Notes: generated by a model from the letters alone, not told the origin. Counted from the first letter of the stretch, positions 39,922 to 49,380 are shown. The stretch is 64,000 nucleotides of DNA from an uncultured Enterobacteriaceae bacterium (GCA_964461055.1 CAYWSG010000004.1:32792-96791); one strand, 5' to 3'. Program-made: numbers and translations.

Positions 39922-42009
39922 ATGGAAAGATCGTTCAAGGAAGAAGTCGCCAAGCTGAAGCTCGGTGAGGGCGAGACGTTTCACGGCGAGGGCATCCTCG
40001 CGGTCACGAAAGCCCTGCTGCAGTCGGGCGTCGCGTATGTCGGCGGCTATCAGGGCGCTCCGGTCTCGCACCTGATGGACGTGCTGCAGGACGCGCGCGA
40101 CATCCTGGGCGAGCTCGGCATCCACGTGGAGGCGAACGCCAACGAGGCGGGCGCCGCCGCGATGCTGGGCGCCTCGATCAACTATCCGGTGCGCGGCGCG
40201 GTCACCTTCAAGTCGACCGTCGGCACGAACGTCGCCTCCGACGCGCTTTCGAACGTCGCCTCCGCCGGCGTGAAGGGCGGCGCGCTCATCGTGCTGGGCG
40301 AGGACTACGGCGAAGGCTCCTCCATCATCCAGGAGCGCAGCCATGCGTTCGCGATGAAGTCGCAGATCTGGCTGGTGGACCCGCGCCCCAGCCTGCCGAA
40401 GATCGTGGAGATGGTCGAGCGCGCGTTCGAGCTGTCCGAGGCCTCGAGCGCGCCCGTCATGCTGGAGCTTCGCATCCGCGCCTGCCACGTCCATGGCACC
40501 TTCCGCACGAAGGCGAACAGGCCCTCGCCGATCTCCAAGCGCAACGTCCTCCAGGACCCCGACTTCGACTACGGCCGCATCTGCCTGCCGCCCGCCACGT
40601 ACGCGCAGGAGAAACACAAGATCGAGGTGCGCTGGCCCGCGGCCGTCGACTTCATCCGCCGCCACGCGCTGAACGAGGTGTTCGAGGGCGAGCGCCGCGA
40701 GCTCGGCATCATCTGCCAGGGCGGCCTCTACAACGCCGTCATCCGCGCCCTCCAGCTCCTCGGCCTCGCCGACGCGTTCGGCGCGTCCCGCGTTCCGATC
40801 TACTGCCTCAACGTGACCTATCCCCTCATCCCGGAGGAAATCGTCGCGTTCTGCCAGGGCAAGCAGTCGGTGCTCGTGGTGGAGGAAGGCCAGCCGGCCT
40901 ACATCGAGGAGGCGATTCTCGCGGCGCTGCGCCGCGCCGAGGCGCACGGCGTGAAGGTGCACGGCAAGGATGTCCTGCCGCTCGCCGGCGAGTACACGGG
41001 CGAAGTGATGCTCGCGGGGCTTTCGCGCTTCTTCGGCGACGAGCGCCGCATCGGCGAGGTGCGCGCGCTCAAAGCGCAGGCCGCCGAGCTGCTCGGCTCG
41101 GGGCTGCCGGTGCGCCCGCCGGGCTTCTGCGTCGGCTGCCCGGAGCGGCCGGTGTTCTCCGCCATGAAAGTCCTCGAGAAGGAGACGGGCCGGTTCCACG
41201 TCTCCGCGGACATCGGCTGCCATCTCTTCTCGAGCCTGCCGCCTTTCAACCTGGGCAACACGGTGCTCGGCTATGGCCTGGGCCTCGCCTCCAACTCGGC
41301 GGTCAACCCGCTCTTCGGCAAGCGCACCTTCACCATCATGGGCGACGGAGGATTCTGGCACAACGGCCTCACGACCGGGATCGCGAGCACGGTCTTCAAC
41401 AAGAACGACGGCATCCTCGTCATCATGAAGAACGGCTACAGCTCGGCCACCGGAACGCAGGAGCTGCCCTCCTCGCCGCAGCATTCGGAGCACAAGAGCC
41501 CGGTCAGCATGGAGCGCGCATTGCAGGGCATCGGCGTAGGCTGGGTGCGCACCGTGGACAACTACCGCGTCGGGGCCGTGGCGAAGACGCTGAAGGAAGC
41601 GATGACGAGCGACTACCAGGGGCTCAAGGTCATCATCGCCGACGGCGAATGCCAGCTCGAGCGCCAGCGCAAGCTCAAGCCCCTGACGGCAAAAAAGCTG
41701 GCTTCTGGAGAGCGCGTTGTCCGGGTGAAGTACGGGGTGGACGAGGACACCTGCACGGGCGATCACTCCTGCATCCGGCTCTCGGGCTGCCCGACGCTCA
41801 CCGTCAAGGACAACCCCGACCCGCTGCGCCGCGAGCCCGTGGCCACCGTCATCGACGGCTGCGTAGGCTGCGGCCTGTGCGGCGAGAACGCGCACGCCGC
41901 CGTCCTTTGCCCGTCCTTCTACCGCGCGGAAGTGGTGCAGAACCCGACCGCGCTCGATCGATTGCTGCATGGCCTGAGGAATCTGTTTCGTGGAACGGCA
42001 GTTCACTGA
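39922..42009 (+). CDS. iorA: Indolepyruvate/arylpyruvate:ferredoxin oxidoreductase alpha subunit, copy 1
   Basis: 695 aa. GGYQGAPVSH, ThDP motif GDGGFWHNG, C-terminal Cys clusters CTGDHSC..SGCP and CVGCGLCGE...LCP. Confidence 0.9.
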   Translation: MERSFKEEVAKLKLGEGETFHGEGILAVTKALLQSGVAYVGGYQGAPVSHLMDVLQDARDILGELGIHVEANANEAGAAAMLGASINYPVRGAVTFKSTVGTNVASDALSNVASAGVKGGALIVLGEDYGEGSSIIQERSHAFAMKSQIWLVDPRPSLPKIVEMVERAFELSEASSAPVMLELRIRACHVHGTFRTKANRPSPISKRNVLQDPDFDYGRICLPPATYAQEKHKIEVRWPAAVDFIRRHALNEVFEGERRELGIICQGGLYNAVIRALQLLGLADAFGASRVPIYCLNVTYPLIPEEIVAFCQGKQSVLVVEEGQPAYIEEAILAALRRAEAHGVKVHGKDVLPLAGEYTGEVMLAGLSRFFGDERRIGEVRALKAQAAELLGSGLPVRPPGFCVGCPERPVFSAMKVLEKETGRFHVSADIGCHLFSSLPPFNLGNTVLGYGLGLASNSAVNPLFGKRTFTIMGDGGFWHNGLTTGIASTVFNKNDGILVIMKNGYSSATGTQELPSSPQHSEHKSPVSMERALQGIGVGWVRTVDNYRVGAVAKTLKEAMTSDYQGLKVIIADGECQLERQRKLKPLTAKKLASGERVVRVKYGVDEDTCTGDHSCIRLSGCPTLTVKDNPDPLRREPVATVIDGCVGCGLCGENAHAAVLCPSFYRAEVVQNPTALDRLLHGLRNLFRGTAVH
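41719..41949 (+). repeat. 231-bp perfect direct repeat, copy A (3' end of iorA copy 1)
   Basis: Identical base-for-base to 43808..44038 by my alignment of the two stretches. Confidence 0.9.
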
Positions 42010-44083
42010 GGAGATCAAGGCGCTGAAGCTCGGCGCGGGGGAGACTTTCCACGGCGAGGGCATTCTTGCCGTGACCAAGGCGCTCCTTCAGTCGGGCGTC
42101 TCCTATGTCGGCGGCTACCAGGGTGCGCCCGTCTCCCACCTGCTCGACGTGATGGTGCAGGCGAGGGAATACCTGGACGGGCTCGGCGTGCACGTCGAAG
42201 CGTGCACCAACGAAGCCGCCGCGGCCGCCATGCTGGGGGCCTCGGTCAACTACCCCGCGCGCGGCGCCGTCACGTGGAAGTCCATCGTCGGCACCAATAT
42301 CGCCTCCGACGCGCTCTCGTACCTGTCGAGCGCGGGCGTGATGGGCGGCGCGCTCATCATCGCGGGCGAGGACTACGGCGAGGGCGCGAGCGTCGCCCTC
42401 GAGCGCACGCACGCCATCGCCCTCAAGTCCTCGATGTGGCTGCTCGATCCGCGCCCCAACCATGCGACGATCGTCCGCCTCGTCGAGAAGGGCTTCGAGC
42501 TCTCCGAGGCGAGCAACACGCCCGTGATGGTGGAGCTGCGCATCCGCGCCTGCCACCTGCGCGGCTCTTTCGAGGCCAAGGACAATCGCACGCCCGTTGT
42601 GTCGCTGCGCAACCGCCTCGACGGGCCGCCCGCGGAGTTCGTCTACGACCGGCTCGCGCATCCGCCCGCCACCTTCCGGCAGGAGAAGCTGAAGGCCGAG
42701 GTGCGGCTTCCCGCCGCCCGGCGCTTCGTGGCCGAGCAGCACCTGAACGAGACCTTCGACGGCGCCGAAAAGGACGTCGGCATCATCGTCCAGGGCGGCC
42801 TCTACAACGGCGTCGTGCGGGCGCTGCAGACGCTCGGCCTCGCCGACGGCTTCGGCGGCTGCCGCATCCCGATCCTCGCCCTCAACGTGGTCTATCCGCT
42901 GGTGCCGGAGGAGATCAGCGGGTTCTGTGCGGGCAAGAAGGCGGTGCTCGTCGTCGAGGAGGGCCAGCCCGAGTTCATCGAGCAGGAGATCGCGACGCTG
43001 CTCCGCCGGGCCGACGTGCAGACCCGGCTCCACGGCAAGGACTGCCTGCAGATGGCGGGCGAGTACACCGTGGAAGTCATGACCCGCGGCCTCATCGCCT
43101 TCCTCGCGCGCCACGGCGGCCATCTCGATACGAGTCGTGGCGCGGCCTGGCTTCAGCGCGCGGAGTCGATTCGCAAGGAAGCCGCGGACCTGCTCGCGGC
43201 GCCGCTGCCGCAGCGCCCGCCGGGCTTCTGCATCGGCTGCCCCGAGCGCCCGGTCTTCTCGGCCATGAAGCTCATGGGCCGCGAGATCGGCAAGCCGCAC
43301 GTGTCGATGGACATCGGCTGCCACTCGTTCGCCTCGTTCGAGCCGTTCTCCCAGGGCAACACCGTGCTCGGCTACGGCATGAGCCTCGCCGCCTCGGCCG
43401 CCGTCGGCCCGATGTCGAGCCGCCGCCCGGTGGCGATCATGGGCGACGGCGGTTTTTGGCACAACGGGCTCCTCTCCGGCGTCGCCTCCCGGCTGCTCAA
43501 CGAAGGCGACGGGGTGCTGGTCATCATGAAGAACGGCTACAGCTCGGCCACGGGGACGCAGGATCTCCTCTCCTCGCCGAAGAACAGCGCGCAAAGCATC
43601 GAGAGCGCCTTGAAGGGCCTCGGCGTGAAGTGGATGCGCACCGTGGACAACTACCGCGTCGACGAGGTAAAGAAGACGCTCACGGAGGCGATGACCTCGG
43701 ACTATCAGGGGCTCAAGGTCGTCGTCGCCGAGGGCGAATGCCAGCTCGAGCGCCAGCGCAGGCTCAGGCCTCTGGTTTCCGAGAAGCTCAAGAAGGGTGA
43801 TCGGCACGTCCGGGTGAAGTACGGGGTGGACGAGGACACCTGCACGGGCGATCACTCCTGCATCCGGCTCTCGGGCTGCCCGACGCTCACCGTCAAGGAC
43901 AACCCCGACCCGCTGCGCCGCGAGCCCGTGGCCACCGTCATCGACGGCTGCGTAGGCTGCGGCCTGTGCGGCGAGAACGCGCACGCCGCCGTCCTTTGCC
44001 CGTCCTTCTACCGCGCGGAAGTGGTGCAGAACCCGACCCTGCTCGACCGCGTGGTCGCGAAGCTGAGAGGAGTATTCGCATGA
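41990..44083 (+). CDS. iorA: Indolepyruvate/arylpyruvate:ferredoxin oxidoreductase alpha subunit, copy 2 (tandem paralogue)
   Basis: GTG 41990, 20 nt inside copy 1. 697 aa with the same motif set as copy 1. Confidence 0.9.
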   Translation: MERQFTEEIKALKLGAGETFHGEGILAVTKALLQSGVSYVGGYQGAPVSHLLDVMVQAREYLDGLGVHVEACTNEAAAAAMLGASVNYPARGAVTWKSIVGTNIASDALSYLSSAGVMGGALIIAGEDYGEGASVALERTHAIALKSSMWLLDPRPNHATIVRLVEKGFELSEASNTPVMVELRIRACHLRGSFEAKDNRTPVVSLRNRLDGPPAEFVYDRLAHPPATFRQEKLKAEVRLPAARRFVAEQHLNETFDGAEKDVGIIVQGGLYNGVVRALQTLGLADGFGGCRIPILALNVVYPLVPEEISGFCAGKKAVLVVEEGQPEFIEQEIATLLRRADVQTRLHGKDCLQMAGEYTVEVMTRGLIAFLARHGGHLDTSRGAAWLQRAESIRKEAADLLAAPLPQRPPGFCIGCPERPVFSAMKLMGREIGKPHVSMDIGCHSFASFEPFSQGNTVLGYGMSLAASAAVGPMSSRRPVAIMGDGGFWHNGLLSGVASRLLNEGDGVLVIMKNGYSSATGTQDLLSSPKNSAQSIESALKGLGVKWMRTVDNYRVDEVKKTLTEAMTSDYQGLKVVVAEGECQLERQRRLRPLVSEKLKKGDRHVRVKYGVDEDTCTGDHSCIRLSGCPTLTVKDNPDPLRREPVATVIDGCVGCGLCGENAHAAVLCPSFYRAEVVQNPTLLDRVVAKLRGVFA
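43808..44038 (+). repeat. 231-bp perfect direct repeat, copy B (3' end of iorA copy 2)
   Basis: Identical to 41719..41949. Offset 2089 bp. Confidence 0.9.
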
Positions 44084-45540
44084 GCCTTCCCGAGCGCCCC
44101 CTCACCATCCTCATCGCCGCCCTCGGCGGCGAGGGCGGCGGCGTCATGGCCGACTGGCTGATGGAGGCCGCCACCCGCTGCGGCTATCCGGCCCAGGCGA
44201 CGTCGATCCCCGGCGTCGCGCAGCGGACCGGCGCGACCACGTACTACCTGGAGATCTTCCCGGCCACCCGCGAGGCGCTGGGCGGGCGCGAGCCGGTTTT
44301 CTCGCTCACCGCCAGCCCGGGCAACGTGGACCTCATGGTCGCCTCCGAGCTGGTCGAGGCCGGCCGCGCCATGCAGAACGGCTACGTGAGCCCCGACCGC
44401 ACGACGCTGATCGCCTCCACCCACCGCATCTACGCCACCATGGAGAAGATGCAGATGGGCGATGGCCGCTTCGACAGCGACCGGATCCTGGAGGCGGCGC
44501 GGCGGCTCGCCAAGCGGCCTGTGCTCTTCGACATGCGCTCGCTCGCGCAGCAGAGCGGCACGGTCATCAACGCGGTGCTCTTCGGCGCGATGGCGGGAAG
44601 CGGCGCGCTTCCGCTCCCTCGCGAGGCCTGCGAGGCCGCCATCCGGCGCGCCGGGCGGGGCGCCGAAGCGAGCCTGCGCGGGTTCGCGGCCGGCTTCGAC
44701 ATCGCCGCGGGCGCGAAGCCCGCGCCGCAGCCCGCCCCGCCACCCAAGCGGGCGACCGAGCTCGAGGAGATCGTCCGGCTCGGACGCGAGCGCCTCACCG
44801 ACTACCAGGGCGAGGCCTATGCCGCGCTTTACCTCCGGCGCCTCGAGCCTTTCATGGAGGGAGACTCCCGGGTCGCGGCCGAGGTCGCGCGCCAGCTCGC
44901 CCTCTGGATGGCCTTCGAGGACATCATCCGGGTTGCGGACCTGAAGACGCGCGCGAGCCGCTTCGAGCGGGTGCGGCGCGAGGTCGGCGCCAAGGAAGGC
45001 GAGCCCGTCGTCGTCATCGACTACCTCAAGCCCGGCCTCGAGGAGTTCGCCTCCGTGCTGCCCGCCGCGCTCGGCCGGCGCCTGCACGACTGGGCCGAGC
45101 GGCGCGGCAAGCTCGACGCGTTCCACATCGGCATGCACATCAAGACCTCGAGCATCAGCGGCTACCTGCTCGTACGCTCGCTCGCGTGGCTGAAGCCGCT
45201 GCGCCCGTACAGCTACCGCTTCCAGGAGGAGCAGCGGCTCATCGAGCGCTGGCTCGCGCTCGTCGCCGAGGCGGCTCGCCGCGACGCAGCCCTCGCTTTC
45301 GAGGTCGCCGCCTGCGCGAGCCTGGTGAAGGGCTACGGCGAGACCCACCGGCGCGGCAAGGGCAACTTCCTCGCCATCATGGACGCCCTCGTCGAGAACG
45401 CGCCGGTCGACGACCCGAAAGAGCAGGCACGCGCGCTTCGCAAGGCGCGGGAGGCGGCGCTCGCCGACCCCGAAGGCCAGGCGCTCGGCAAGACCCTCGG
45501 CAAGCCGGTCGTCTGGCTGAAGCCCGTGGCGCACACGTAG
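44080..45540 (+). CDS. iorB: Indolepyruvate:ferredoxin oxidoreductase beta subunit (long proteobacterial form)
   Basis: ATG 44080 (ATGA overlap). N-terminal ILIAALGGEGGGVMADWL of the POR-gamma/IorB type. 486 aa. Confidence 0.85.
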   Translation: MSLPERPLTILIAALGGEGGGVMADWLMEAATRCGYPAQATSIPGVAQRTGATTYYLEIFPATREALGGREPVFSLTASPGNVDLMVASELVEAGRAMQNGYVSPDRTTLIASTHRIYATMEKMQMGDGRFDSDRILEAARRLAKRPVLFDMRSLAQQSGTVINAVLFGAMAGSGALPLPREACEAAIRRAGRGAEASLRGFAAGFDIAAGAKPAPQPAPPPKRATELEEIVRLGRERLTDYQGEAYAALYLRRLEPFMEGDSRVAAEVARQLALWMAFEDIIRVADLKTRASRFERVRREVGAKEGEPVVVIDYLKPGLEEFASVLPAALGRRLHDWAERRGKLDAFHIGMHIKTSSISGYLLVRSLAWLKPLRPYSYRFQEEQRLIERWLALVAEAARRDAALAFEVAACASLVKGYGETHRRGKGNFLAIMDALVENAPVDDPKEQARALRKAREAALADPEGQALGKTLGKPVVWLKPVAHT

Positions 45541-45564
45541 AATCGGTTTTTTCGGGACACTCCC

Positions 45565-46611
45565 ATGGCCAGCGTTCCGCAGGCAGACCTCCAGGCCGAG
45601 CGCAAGGCGCTCTACCGGCGCATGGACAAGCAGAACCTCGCTCCCCTTTGGGAGGTGCTGCATGCGCTTATTCCGAACCAGCCCGAAACGCCGTGCAAGC
45701 CCGCGCTCTGGCGCTATCGCGAGGCGAGGCCCTACCTCATGGAGGCGGGCAAGCTCATCACGGCCAGGGAAGCCGTGCGTCGCGTGCTCATCCTCGAAAA
45801 CCCCGGCATGCGGGGCAAGTCGTGCATCACGCAGAGCCTGTACGCCGGGCTGCAGCTCATCCTGCCGGGCGAGGTCGCCCCGAGCCACCGCCACGCGCAG
45901 TCGGCCCTGCGTTTCATCGTGGAGGGCTCCGGCGCCTACACGGCGGTGGACGGGGAGCGCACGACGATGCACCCGGGCGACTTCATCATCACGCCCTCGT
46001 GGACCTGGCACGACCATGGCAATCCGGGCAACGAGCCGGTCGTGTGGCTGGACGGCCTCGACATTCCCATCGTTCAGGCGCTCGCCGCGCAGTTCCAGGA
46101 GCCCCACGAGCAGGAAGTGCAGCCCGTGTCGCGCAGTGAAGGCGCGGCCGCAGCGCGTTTCGGCAACGGCCTGAAGCCGCTCGGCGCGGCTTCCCCTTTC
46201 GGCAGGACCTCGCCGGTCTTCAACTATCCCTATGCCCGTAGCCGGGAGTCGCTCGCCGGCCTCGCGCAAGATTCGGACCCCGATCCCTGCCACGGCTGGA
46301 AGATGCAGTTCGTGAATCCCCTCACCGGCGGGCACGCCATGCCGACGATCGGCGCCTTCATCCAGCTCCTGCCGAAGGGCTTTGCCGGGCAGGCGGTCCG
46401 CGCCACCGACGGCACCGTCTACTCCGTCGTGGAAGGCCGCGGCACCGTGACGGTGAACGGGGAGACCTTCGACTTCGAGCCGCGCGACACCTTCGTCGTG
46501 CCTTCCTGGATGCCCTGCGCCCTCGCGGCGCAGGACGAGACGGTGCTCTTTTCGTTCTCCGACCGTCCCGTGCAGGAGGCCCTCGGGCTGTGGCGCGAGC
46601 AGCGCGGCTAG
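45565..46611 (+). CDS. Gentisate 1,2-dioxygenase (bicupin)
   Basis: 348 aa. [27 protein letters not shown] and WHDHGN motifs typical of gentisate dioxygenases. Confidence 0.9.
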   Translation: MASVPQADLQAERKALYRRMDKQNLAPLWEVLHALIPNQPETPCKPALWRYREARPYLMEAGKLITAREAVRRVLILENPGMRGKSCITQSLYAGLQLILPGEVAPSHRHAQSALRFIVEGSGAYTAVDGERTTMHPGDFIITPSWTWHDHGNPGNEPVVWLDGLDIPIVQALAAQFQEPHEQEVQPVSRSEGAAAARFGNGLKPLGAASPFGRTSPVFNYPYARSRESLAGLAQDSDPDPCHGWKMQFVNPLTGGHAMPTIGAFIQLLPKGFAGQAVRATDGTVYSVVEGRGTVTVNGETFDFEPRDTFVVPSWMPCALAAQDETVLFSFSDRPVQEALGLWREQRG

Positions 46612-46613
46612 CG

Positions 46614-47465
46614 ATGGAGGCCCTGGGCGCCGATCTCGAGCGCGAGTACAACAACCGGGCGCTCGTTCCCGACCACGCGGACTATTTCGCCCGCTGGGCG
46701 GAGAGCTCGGAGCGCGCCCGGCGGACCATGACCCGCCACCTCGACCTGCGCTACGGCGACATGCCGGGAGAGACGCTCGATCTCTTCCCCGCGCGCAAGG
46801 GCGACGGCACCTGCATGCTGTTCATCCATGGCGGCTACTGGCGCGCCCTCGACAAGAAGGACTTCTCTTTCCTTGCGCCGACCTGGGTGGACGCCGGCGT
46901 TTCCCTGGCGGTGGTGAACTACGACGTCTGTCCCGCGGTGACGATCGAGGAGATCGTGCGCCAGATGCTGCGCGCGAGCCGCTGGCTCTGGCTGAACGCG
47001 GAAGCCTACGGCATGGACCAGGACCGCCTCTATGTCAGCGGGCACTCGGCCGGCGGCCATCTCACGGCGATGATGATGTGCGCGCTTTTCCCCCGGTTCG
47101 ACCCCCGGCTTCCCCGCGACCTCTGGAAGGGCGGCCTCGCCGTCAGCGGGCTCTACGACCTGCGGCCGCTCCTGCAGGTGCCCTTCCTCCAGCAGGACCT
47201 GCGCCTCGACGAGGAGTCCGCGCGCCGGCTTTCGCCGGCCTTCATGCCGCCGGCGACCCGCGCCCCGGTCATGACCTGCGTCGGCGGGGACGAGTCCTCC
47301 GAGTTCCACCGCCAGAATCGGCTGCTCGGGGAGCGCTGGCGCTCCGCCTTTGCCGGCGACATCGCGATGCCGGGCAGGAACCATTTCTCCGTCATGGACG
47401 GCCTTGCCGAGGCCTCGAGCGCGCTCTTCCAGGGCGCCCGGCGCCTCATGAAGCTCGACAAATGA
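46614..47465 (+). CDS. Alpha/beta hydrolase (HGG plus GHSAGG; arylformamidase/esterase-like)
   Basis: ATG 46614, 3 nt after the dioxygenase stop. FIHGGYW oxyanion motif and nucleophile elbow GHSAGGH. Confidence 0.8.
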   Translation: MEALGADLEREYNNRALVPDHADYFARWAESSERARRTMTRHLDLRYGDMPGETLDLFPARKGDGTCMLFIHGGYWRALDKKDFSFLAPTWVDAGVSLAVVNYDVCPAVTIEEIVRQMLRASRWLWLNAEAYGMDQDRLYVSGHSAGGHLTAMMMCALFPRFDPRLPRDLWKGGLAVSGLYDLRPLLQVPFLQQDLRLDEESARRLSPAFMPPATRAPVMTCVGGDESSEFHRQNRLLGERWRSAFAGDIAMPGRNHFSVMDGLAEASSALFQGARRLMKLDK

Positions 47466-48100
47466 ACGACGACCTGAAATCGACGCCTTTCATCGACAGC
47501 GACCATCCCGCCGTAGCGGCCTTCGCGCGCGCGCACGCCAAGGGCGACTCGGAAGTCGAGCGTGCCATCGCGCTCTACTACGCGGTGCGCGACGACATTC
47601 GCTACAACCCGTTCCTCGATTTCAGCGACCCGGAGGTTTATCGCGCCTCCGCCGTGCTCGCCAGGGGCGAGGGCTTCTGCGTCGGCAAGGCCGCGCTCCT
47701 CGCCGCCACGGCGCGCGCGTCGGGCATCGCCGCCCGGGTGGGCTTTGCGGACGTGAAGAACCACCTCACCACGCCCCGGCTTGCCGAGACGATGGGCTCG
47801 GACCTCTTCATCTACCACGGCTTTACCGAGCTCAAGCTCGGGGGACGGTGGGTGAAGGCCACGCCCGCGTTCAACCTCGCGCTCTGCCAGCGCTTCCGCG
47901 TGAAGCCGCTCGAGTTCGACGGCGTGAACGACTCGATCTTCCATCCGTTCGACGAGGACGATCGCCGGCACATGGAATATGTGCGCGACCGCGGCAGCTT
48001 CACCGACGTTCCGGTGGCCGAGATCCAGGCGGCATTCCGCGAGGCTTATCCGAAGTTCTATGGCCTCGGCCGCGAGGCGGCCAAGGAGACCTTCGGCTGA
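47462..48100 (+). CDS. Transglutaminase-like (Cys-His-Asp fold) protein
   Basis: ATG 47462 (ATGA overlap). GEGFCVGKAALLAA core with downstream His/Asp. 212 aa. Confidence 0.7.
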   Translation: MNDDLKSTPFIDSDHPAVAAFARAHAKGDSEVERAIALYYAVRDDIRYNPFLDFSDPEVYRASAVLARGEGFCVGKAALLAATARASGIAARVGFADVKNHLTTPRLAETMGSDLFIYHGFTELKLGGRWVKATPAFNLALCQRFRVKPLEFDGVNDSIFHPFDEDDRRHMEYVRDRGSFTDVPVAEIQAAFREAYPKFYGLGREAAKETFG

Positions 48101-48123
48101 GCGCGCCCGTCGATGGCGCGCAG

Positions 48124-49380
48124 ATGCGTGCGCTCCTCGAAGAAAGCTTTCGCGCCGCCGTCGCGGCGGCCGACCCGCAGCGCATTCTGACCGCCCATCT
48201 GCCACGGCCGCCCAAAGGCCGCACCTACGTCGCCGCGGCCGGCAAGGCCGCAGCCGCCATGGCCGTCGCGGTGGAGTCCGCCTGGGACGAGCGCTGGCCG
48301 CTCGAGGGGATTGCGATCACGCGGTATGGGCACGGCCTGCCCACCCGCCGCATCCGCGTGGTCGAGGCCGGCCATCCGGTGCCCGATGCGGCAGGCGAGG
48401 AAGCCGCGCGAGCGATCGTCGCGCGGGTGCGCGAGCTGGGGAAGGACGATCTCCTGCTCGCCCTGCTCTCGGGGGGCGGCTCGAGCCTGCTTTCGCTACC
48501 GGCCGATGGGATCTCCATGGCCGACCTGAAGGCGGTGACGCGCGATCTCCTGCGAAGCGGCGCTGCGATCCAGGAGATGAATACCGTGCGCAAGCACCTC
48601 TCCGCGATCCACGGCGGGCGCCTCGCCGCCGCCAGCGGCGCGCCGGTGGTCGCGCTCATCATCTCCGACGTCACCGGCGACGATCCCACGCACATCGCCT
48701 CCGGACCCTGCGCGCCGGATCCGACCACCTACGCCGACGCGCTCGAGATCCTGGAGCGCTATCGTGTCACGCCGCCGCCGGCCGTGCGGGCACGGCTGGA
48801 AGAGGGCGCCGACGAGACGCCGAAGCCCGGCGATCCGGTGTTCGAGCGGGTACAAAACAAGGTCATCGCCACCGCGCACCGCTCGCTCGAGGCGGCGGCG
48901 GCGGTGTTCGAAAGACACGGCATTCGGCCGGTGATCCTGGGCGACACGATCACCGGCGAGGCGGCCGAGGTCGCGAAGGTCATGGCCGCCCTGGTTCGCG
49001 AGATCAGGACCCACGCCTCTCCATGGAAGGCGCCGGTGGCGCTCATCTCGGGAGGCGAATGCACGGTCACCGTGCGGGGGGAAGCGGGCCGGGGCGGACG
49101 CTGCAGCGAGTTCCTGCTCTCGCTGGGGATCGAGCTGGAGGGCGTGGCGGGCGTGTTCGCGCTCGCGGCCGACACGGACGGCATCGACGGCTCCGAGGAC
49201 AATGCCGGCGCCTGTCTCGGGCCCGAGACGCTGGCGCTCGCGCGCCGCCAGGGCGTAGATCCGCGCGCGGCGCTTGCCTCGAATGACAGCTACGGAGCGT
49301 TCGCGGCGGCCGGTGCGCTACTGGTCACCGGCCCCACGCGGACCAACGTGAACGACTACCGGGCGATTCTGGTCGCCTAG
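48124..49380 (+). CDS. MOFRL-family glycerate 2-kinase / hydroxypyruvate reductase (TtuD-like)
   Basis: 418 aa. [25 protein letters not shown] and TGPT.TNVND motifs. Confidence 0.85.
   Translation: MRALLEESFRAAVAAADPQRILTAHLPRPPKGRTYVAAAGKAAAAMAVAVESAWDERWPLEGIAITRYGHGLPTRRIRVVEAGHPVPDAAGEEAARAIVARVRELGKDDLLLALLSGGGSSLLSLPADGISMADLKAVTRDLLRSGAAIQEMNTVRKHLSAIHGGRLAAASGAPVVALIISDVTGDDPTHIASGPCAPDPTTYADALEILERYRVTPPPAVRARLEEGADETPKPGDPVFERVQNKVIATAHRSLEAAAAVFERHGIRPVILGDTITGEAAEVAKVMAALVREIRTHASPWKAPVALISGGECTVTVRGEAGRGGRCSEFLLSLGIELEGVAGVFALAADTDGIDGSEDNAGACLGPETLALARRQGVDPRAALASNDSYGAFAAAGALLVTGPTRTNVNDYRAILVA

Noticed and set aside
38452-42078. 1208-aa ORF on the minus strand, the longest in the track.
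   Set aside because: It runs antisense to dctM and iorA. Its translation is low-complexity and Arg/Ala/Gly/His-rich with no motifs, whereas the opposite strand encodes clear DctM/IorA proteins. This is a typical shadow ORF of very GC-rich DNA.
41719-44038. Whether the 231-bp identical repeats could be IS ends, a CRISPR-like array or a composite transposon.
   Set aside because: There are only two copies. Both are in frame inside homologous positions of paralogous genes, with no transposase, no spacers and no target duplications. Gene conversion is the simpler reading.
45541-45564. T6 run (cggttttttcggg) after iorB as a possible intrinsic terminator splitting the long operon.
   Set aside because: No convincing GC stem precedes it, and the gap is only 24 nt with the dioxygenase ATG immediately after.
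48097-48126. Another CTGA stop/start overlap, at the transglutaminase-fold/MOFRL junction, as a possible third CTG start.
   Set aside because: An in-frame ATG at 48124 gives a normal MOFRL N-terminus ([18 protein letters not shown]), so there is no need to invoke CTG.
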